Shown here: one piece after another, positions 57,701 through 64,000 of the stretch
Layout: every line of letters begins with the position of its first letter
Numbering within the stretch: the first letter of the stretch is position 1
NCBI RefSeq assembly: GCF_963506605.1
Contig: NC_083277.1
Location: 992,001-1,056,000 of the forward strand
Direction: 5' to 3'
Source of the DNA: Zootoca vivipara
Lineage: Eukaryota
DNA: 64,000 bases
The notes under the pieces: generated by a model
Database searches by the model: none
Told to the model about the DNA's origin: nothing
What the model saw: only the letters and a program-made list of their open reading frames with translations
Program-made: the position numbers and the translations under genes

Positions 57701-57953
57701 GTTGGACGCCTTCCGACCTGAGGGGCTCATCTTCCAGCGTCATAACTTTTATATGCCTGTTGTCTTTGTCCATGGAGTTTTCTTGGCAGGGATACTGGAG
57801 TGGCTTGCCAGTTCCTTCTCCAGGTGGATCACGTTTAGTCAAAACTCTCCACTATGACCTGTCCATCTTGGGTGGCCCTGCATGGCATAGCTCATAGCTT
57901 CTCTGAGTTATTCAAGCCCCTTCGCCACGACAAGGCATTGATCCATGAAGGGG
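54725..57953 (-). mobile_element. Full-length BovB LINE (3229 bp) with intact ORF
   Basis: 13-bp TSD CCTTGCAGAAATG (54712-54724 and 57954-57966); 5'UTR, single ORF, (CAA)n tail. Confidence 0.95.
54741..57842 (-). CDS. BovB APE endonuclease-reverse transcriptase ORF (about 1010 aa from the first ATG)
   Basis: IGTWNVRTM, GDWNAKVG and SDH endonuclease motifs; QGCILSP and YADD RT motifs; no stops. Confidence 0.92.
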   Translation of the reverse strand: MTKRDPPGEGTGKPLQYPCQENSMDKDNRHIKVMTLEDEPLRSEGVQHATEEERRTSTSRFRADEAAGPKPKGRSVADMPGSERKVRCCKEKYCIGTWNVRTMSGGKLDVVKNEMTRINIDILGISELKWKGMGEFSSGDYHIYYCGQESRSRNGVALIVNKRVAKAVMGCNLKNDRMISIRIQGRPFNITVIQVYAPTTGAEESEIDQFYEDLQQLLEMTPKKDVLLITGDWNAKVGNQEIKGTTGKFGLGVQNEAGQRLIEFCQENKLVITNTLFQQHKRRLYTWISPNGQHRNQIDYILCSQRWRSSIQSAKTRPGADCNSDHQLLIAKFQLKLKKVGKTTGPVRYNLNQIPYEYTVEVRNRFKDLDLVDRVPEELWMEARNIIQEAATKTIPRKRKCKKAKWLSNEALQIAEERRQAKCKGDRERYRKLNADFKKTARRDKRVFLNEQCKEIEENNRMGKTRDLFKKIGDMKGTFCTKITIIKDKSGKDLTEAEDIKKRWQEYTEELYQKDMEVSYTPGSVVADLEPDILESEVKWALESTANNKASGSDDIPAELFKILKDDAVKVLHPICQQVWKTQQWPEDWRRSVYIPIPKKGSAKECSNYRTIALISHASKVMLKILQGRLKQYVDRELPEVQAGFRKGRGTRDQIANMRWIMEKAREFQKNVYFCFIDYAKAFDCVDHNKLWQVLKEMGVPDHLICLLRNLYVGQEATVRTGYGTTEWFKIGKGVRQGCILSPCLFNLYAEFIMRKAGLDESQTGIKIAGRNINNLRYADDTTLMAESEEELKNLLMRVKEESAKYGLKLNIKKTKIMATGPITSWQIEGEEMEAVRDFTFLGSLITADGDSSHEIKRRLLLGRKAMTNLDSILKSRDITLPTKVRIVKAMVFPVAMYGSESWTIKKADRRRIDAFELWCWRRLLRVPWTARRSNLSILKEISPECSLEGQIVKLRLQYFGHLMRREESLEKTLMLGKIEGTRRRGRQRTRWLDSVLEATNMSLTKLREAVQDRSAWRAMVHGVTKSRTRLND

Positions 57954-58149
57954 CCTTGCAGAAATGCCTCCTTCCAAAAGAGTCGCCCAGCAGCTCTTCC
58001 TCCCTCCCCTTGGTCAAGGACACCTGCCCCACAGAGCAGAGGGGTTGGGGAGAGGAGGAAGGGGCAAGGGACACTTTGGCTGAATCGCCCCTTTTGGTGG
58101 TCGCCCCTCGGAGCGCCTCGCCCGCCTCAGCCCTGGAAGAGCTGCAGAG

Positions 58150-61100
58150 ATGGAGCCCACCAGAGGAGGAAGAGCCCTTTGCTGCCTCTGGGCGACCCTC
58201 CTCCTCGCCCCGCCAAGGGCCGGAGCCCTGAAAGGTCAGGGGGCTCAGGAGGGAGGGGGAGATGCCTGGGGAGGGGTCCCGGGAGGGGGGGTTAGGGTTC
58301 CCCGCAAAGAAGCTGGGGCGATTGGGGGGAGAAAGATTGCGCCCCTGGGCGTTTCTTGTGGGCAAAGCTGGAGGGGTCTCTTGGGCTACAGGGAGGAGAA
58401 GCCCCCTCCCCCTGACAGGTGCACAGGCTGCTGCTGTTTTTACCCCGTTTACTCCTCTCATTTTTAAAACTAAACCACCTTACTTGAGGGAGCAAATCCT
58501 CCTAGCCCGTCACCCTCCCATTTCACACACCTTTTCGTTGGAGGTGGGGGAACGTCCACTTTCCTCCCTCCCCCCATCCCTCCATATTCCGCAACCCCCC
58601 CACACACACCTAGCTTAAAAGATCGGAGTCTGCGCCCCTAGCCTTTCCTGTTAGAAGGAGGGAAAGGAAAATAAAACAAGAATTATTATTCATCTCTGTG
58701 GGCTCGGCTGCCACAGAGACCTGTCTGGTCTGGAAGCCCCCCAGTGGTCGCCTCCAAAAGGCACCAGCCCCCCCCCCCATCCCATTGCCCCCGAATACAG
58801 AGTGGTCTCTTCTCCTGGCACAAAAGGGGCCAGAAACTCTGGCGGACCCTAAAAACCTCGGAGCAGCAGAACTTGCTTCCTTCGGCAGCCCCTCCATATC
58901 CCCACTTGCCTGACAAAGGCACTTACTCCCGAGAAGACGCGATTTAGTTTGAATGAGTGAACTCCACAAGGAAGTCGCTTCAGGAAAGGAAAGAGGCGCG
59001 TGGCCAATGGCTCCGTCTGTGTGTCCGACAGTTTTATCTCTTTTAAAAAGATGCCCAAAGCTTTAATTCGTGGCAGCCATGAGGCAACTCAAGGGGGGGG
59101 GCTGTGGGTGATCCACGCTTGAGAGAGGAAATCCATTTATTACTGGTTTCACTTTGAGGCAAGGAGCAAAGCAGAGAGCTACTCCCATGTTATCTTCACA
59201 ACAAATTTGCAAGCTGAGCTAGGGACATGGGAACATGGGTTGGTTGGTCTCTTTGAATAATTATTCCTCCTTTCGCCCCAAACACAAATGCACCCCAGGA
59301 TCACCTTTTGGGGCTGTTATGGCTGTGAAATGAGGGGATTCTAACATTGACATGTGTGGGTGTTTGGGGACAGATCAAGCGCCTCCTCCTTAGAGAGCCT
59401 TCCTGGTGGTGGCCCCATTCCTAGCAATGGGGCAGGTTCTCCCTCTTCCTGCTGCAGGGTCCTAATGCCTCCCACTCTCTCTCCCACCCCTGCAGTGGAG
59501 GACACCCTGGTGGAGCTGGACTTCTTCCAGGAGAGCTTCCCTTCGGAGAAGAAGTCCGGGGAGTTCCTGCTGGAGTTTGACAACGAGGAGATCCTGCACG
59601 TGGACTGGGAGAAGAAGCAGAACGTCTGGAGGCTGCCGGACTTCCAGCGCTTCACCAGCTTTGAGGTGCAGGGCGCCCTGGCCAACATCGCCGTCATGAA
59701 GAACAACATGGAGGTGCTCATGAAGCGAAGCAACCGCACCCGTGCCCTGAATGGTAGGACACGCAAGGGTATGGGGGGGAGAGCGCTGGGGGGCAGGCAG
59801 GGGGTGGTCTCTTGGCTTCTGACACGGAAGACCCTTCAGGACCCCTTTCTGCCAACCCAGAAGGAACTCTGCTCAAGGGAGGCTAAAGGGGAGGAAAACC
59901 TGATGGGAGGGGCAGCATTGCACTTTGTACATGGTCAGAAGCATTCCGAAACCTGAACACCCGGTGCAAAAATACCCAAAGCAGTTAATGTAGGGCACAT
60001 GGTGTGGGAGATTTTGTAGTCAAATCTCACAATGCATATTCTTGCTAGTTAGCATGTGAAGGGGTCAAGTCCACAGAGCTGTACTGTGGAATTTGGGTGG
60101 TGTTATTCCCGCCCCCTCCGCCTGGGGAGGAAGGATGTTGTTGTTTAGTCGTTTAGTCGTGTCCGACTCTTCGTGACCCCATGGACCATAGCACGCCAGG
60201 CACTCCTGTCTTGCACTGCCTCCCGCAGTTTGGTCAAACTCATGTTCGTAGCTTCGAGAACACTGTCCAACCATCTTGTCCTCTGTCGTCACCTTCTCCT
60301 AGTGCCCTCAATCTTTCCCAACATCAGGGTCTTTTCCAAGGATTCTTCTCTTCTCATGAGGTGGCCAAAGTATTGGAGCCTCAGCTTCACAATCTGTCCT
60401 TCCAGGGAGCGCTCAGGGCTGATTTCCTTCAGAATGGATAGGTTTGATCTTCTTGCAGTCCATGGGACTCTCAAGAGTCTCCTCCAGCACCATAATTCAA
60501 AAGCATCAATTCTTCGGCGAGCAGCCTTCTTTATGGTCCAGCTCTCACTTCCATACATCACTACTGGGAAAACCATAGCTTTAACTATACGGACCTTTGT
60601 CGGCAAGGTGATGTCTCTGCTTTTTAAGATGCTGTCTAGGTTTGTCATTGCTTTTCTCCCAAGAAGCAGGCGTCTTTTAATTTCGTGACTGCTGTCACCA
60701 TCTGCAGTGATCAAGGAGCCCAAGAAAGTAAAATCTCTCACTGCCTCCATTTCTTCCCCTTCTATTTGCCAGGAGGTGATGGGACCAGTGGCCATGATCT
60801 TGGTTTTTTTGATGTTGAGCTTCAGACCATATTTTGCGCTCTCCTCTTTCACCCACATTAAAAGGTTCTTTAATTCCTCTTCGCTTTCTGCCATCAAGGT
60901 TGTGTCATCTGCATATCTGAGGTTGTTGATATTTCTTCCAGCAATCTTAATTCCGTTTTAGGATTCATCTAGTCCAGCCTTTCGCATGATGAATTCTGCA
61001 TATAAGTTAAATAAGCAGGGGGACAATATACAACCTTGTCGTACTCCTTTTCCAATTTTGAACCAATCAGTTGTTCCATATCCAGTTCTAACTGTAGCTT

Positions 61101-63846
61101 CTTGTCCCACATAGAGATTTCTCAGGAGACAGATGAGGTGATCAGGCACTCCCATTTCTTTAAGAACTTGCCATAGTTTGCTGTGGTCGACACAGTCAAA
61201 GGCTTTTGCATAGTCAATGAAGCAGAAGTAGACGTTTTTCTGGAACTCTCTAGCTTTCTCCATAATCCAGCGCATGTTTGCTATTTGGTCTCTAGTTCCT
61301 CTGCCCTTTCGAAATCCAGCTTGCACTTCTGGGAGTTCTCGGTCCACATACTGCCTAAGCCTGCCTTGTAGAATTTTAAGCATAACCTTGCTAGCGTGTG
61401 AAATGAGCGCAATTGTGCGGTAGTTGGAGCATTCTTTGGCACTGCCCTTCTTTGGAATTGGGATGTAGACTGATCTTCTCCAATCCTCTGGCCATTGCTG
61501 AGTTTTCCAAACTTGCTGGCATATTGGGTGTAGCACCTTAACAGCATCATCTTTTAAAATTTTAAATAGTTCAACTGGAATATCATCACTTCCACTGGCC
61601 TTGTTATTAGCAGTGCTTTCTAAGGCCCATTTGACTTCACTCTCCAAGATGTCTGGCTCAAGGTCAGCAACCACACTACCTGAGGTGTACGAGACCTCCA
61701 TATCTTTCTGGTATAATTCCTCTGTGTATTCTTGCCACCTCTTCTTGATGTCTTCTGCTTCTGTTAGGTCCTTACCACTTTTGTCCTTGATTATGGTAAT
61801 CTTTGTACGAAATGTTCCTTTCATATCTCCAATTTTCTTGAACAGATCTCTGGTTTTCCCCATTCTATTGTTTTCCTCTCTTTCTTTGCATTGCTCATTT
61901 AAGAAGACCCTCTTGTCTCTTCTTGCTGTTTTTTGGAAATCTGCATTCAGTTTCCTGTATCTTTCCCTATCTCCCTTGCATTTTGCTTGCCTCCTCTCCT
62001 CCGCTATTTGTAAGGCCTCGTTGGACAGCCATTTTGCTTTCTTGCATTTCCTTTTCCTTGGGATGGTTTTCGTTGCTGCCTCCTGTATAATGTTACGAGC
62101 CTCCATCCATAGTTCTTCAGGCACTCTGTCCACCAAATCTAAATCCTTAAATCTGTTCCTCACTTCCACTGTGTATTCATAAGGGATTTGATTCAGATTG
62201 TATCTTACTGGCCCAGTGGTTTTTCCTACTTTCTTCAGTTTAAGCTGGAATTTTGCTATAAGAAGCTGATGATCTGAGTTACAGTCAGCTCCAGGTCTTG
62301 TTTTTGCTGACTGTATAGAGCTTCTCCTTCTTTGGCTGCAGAGAATATAATCAATCTGATTTCGATGCTGCCCATTTGGTGAGATCCATGTGTAGAGTCG
62401 TCTCTTGTGTTGTTGGAAGAGAGTTTTTGTGATGACCAGCTTGTTCTCTTGACAGAACTCTATTAGCCTTTGCCCTGCTTCATTTTGAACTCCAAGGCCA
62501 AACTTGCCAGTTGTTCCTTTTATCTCTTGATTCCCTACTTTAGCAATCCAATCCCCTGTAATGAGAAGAACATCCTTCTTTGGTGTCATTTCTAGAAGGT
62601 GTTGTAGGTCTTCATAGAATTGGTCAATTTCACTTTCTTCAGCACCGGTAGTTGGTGCATAAACTTGGATTACTGTGATGTTAAAAGGTCTGCCTTGGAT
62701 TCGTATCGAGATCATTCTGTCATTTTTGAGATTGCATCCCATTACAGCTTTTGCCACTCTTTTGTTGACTATGAGGGCCACTCCATTTCTTCTACAGGAT
62801 TCTTGCCCACAGTAGTAGATATGATAGTCACCCGAACTGAATTCGCCCATTCCCTTCCATTTTAGTTCACTGATGCCCAGGATGTCGATATTTATTCTTG
62901 TCATGCTGAAAATAGGTATTTATTCTTGTCATGCTGAAAATGGGTTTTAATCCCATTTCTTTCTCAATCTCCTTCCTCAGTTGCTCCTTCGGCCACTGTG
63001 TACCCAGAAAATGCTGTGGAACTGGGGGACCCCAACATCCTCATCTGCTTTGTGGACAGGTTCTCCCCCCCAGTGCTGAACATCACCTGGCTGAAGAACA
63101 AGGAGGAGGTCTCCGAGGGCGTGGAGGAGACAGACTTCTACCCCAGCGTGGACAACACTTTCCGCAAGTTCTCCTACCTCCCCTTCGTCCCTGAGCAGGG
63201 AGACATCTACGTCTGCCAAGTGGAGCACTGGGGCATCCCAGAGGGAAAGATGGAGAAGACATGGGGTAAGCACCGGGCAGGATTGGGGCTTTTCTCTGGG
63301 ACTTAAATTCAGAAACCCAGATTCATAGCTTATAAGAAACACATTCTGATGATTGTGTTTTATGCAAATGAAGTACATTGGCACTTTTGAATATTTATTC
63401 TGGTCTTCCTAGCTGTAGGAGACAGTAAGGTGCTCAGCCCCCTTCAGGGGTTGCTCACTAAACAAATAAACAACATTGTATCTGACGAATTGTGCATGCA
63501 CACGAAAGCTCATACCAAAATAAAAACTTAGTTGGTCTTTAAGGTGCTACTGGAGGAATTTTTTTATTTTGTTTCGACTAAACAACAGTGTATTAAGGGC
63601 TGTGGGGCCTGCGTGCCAGGACTCCTGGGTTCTTTCTTCTGCTGAACGCACGCAAAGAAACAGAGTCCCTCCTTACCCCTGTCCTCTCTCTCTCTCCATC
63701 CCAGTTTCCAAGGCGCCCTCTCCCATCCCGGAGACGATGGAGAACGTGCTGTGTGCCCTGGGCTTGGCCTTTGGCATCCTGGGCATCATCGCTGGCACCA
63801 TCCTTTTCTTCAAGGCCATGAGGATGAATGGTCGCAGGGGCCTCAC
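58150..63846 (+). CDS. MHC class II alpha chain copy 2, intact frame (about 257 aa; last exon expected just beyond the window)
   Basis: Exons 58150-58234 (leader), 59496-59753 (alpha-1), 62981-63265 (alpha-2 Ig C1: PNILICFVDRFSPPVLNITW...YVCQVEHWG) and 63705-63846 (PETMENVLCALGLAFGILGIIAGT TM); GT-AG; introns 1-3 phase 1. Confidence 0.92.
60137..62904 (-). mobile_element. 5'-truncated BovB in alpha copy 2 intron 2, with two nonsense mutations
   Basis: ORFs 60958-62904 and 60289-60897 are in the same frame, separated by CAA>TAA; second stop at 60289; no TSD. Confidence 0.92.
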
Positions 63847-64000
63847 GTGAGTCGAACCCGTTTCCCTTCATGGGCTCAGAGACAAATGCAAGGGAAGGCA
63901 AAATACATGGGGGAGGGGGCCTTTCCCACAGCAAATGGGTGTGGTGGGCCTCACCCTGCCCAGAAGGTGCTCAGCCTCAATACTTCGAGCTCACCAGCTC

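Noticed and set aside
58072-58084. CACTTTGGCTGA as a degenerate Y box for alpha copy 2
   Set aside because: Lacks the ATTGG core and has no X-like sequence 20 nt upstream

Overview
Vertebrate genomic DNA from a squamate reptile. The mix of Sauria SINE, Squam3-type SINE, BovB, CR1, L2, Rex1 and Penelope remnants suggests a lacertid lizard (inference). The window is part of the MHC class II region. Left half: two tandem, apparently intact SCAN-KRAB-C2H2 zinc-finger paralogues on + (18 and 28 fingers), then an orphan third copy of their promoter/first exon. Middle: one complete six-exon MHC class II beta gene on - (33418-45748), head-to-head with an MHC class II alpha gene (ATG 46804); each has its own X-X2-Y promoter module. 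Right: the alpha gene is duplicated and the two copies carry complementary defects. Copy 1 has the X-Y promoter but lost the first 110 nt of its alpha-2 exon. Copy 2 has an intact reading frame but no proximal X-Y module, a full-length intact BovB LINE about 200 bp upstream, and a second BovB in intron 2. A near-consensus orphan X-X2-Y module lies at 53182-53223. Penelope-derived hairpins and minimal hammerhead-ribozyme motifs sit on the sense strand of introns. Exon boundaries were read manually from GT/AG sites and phase. Repeat-family names come from recognition, not database searches.
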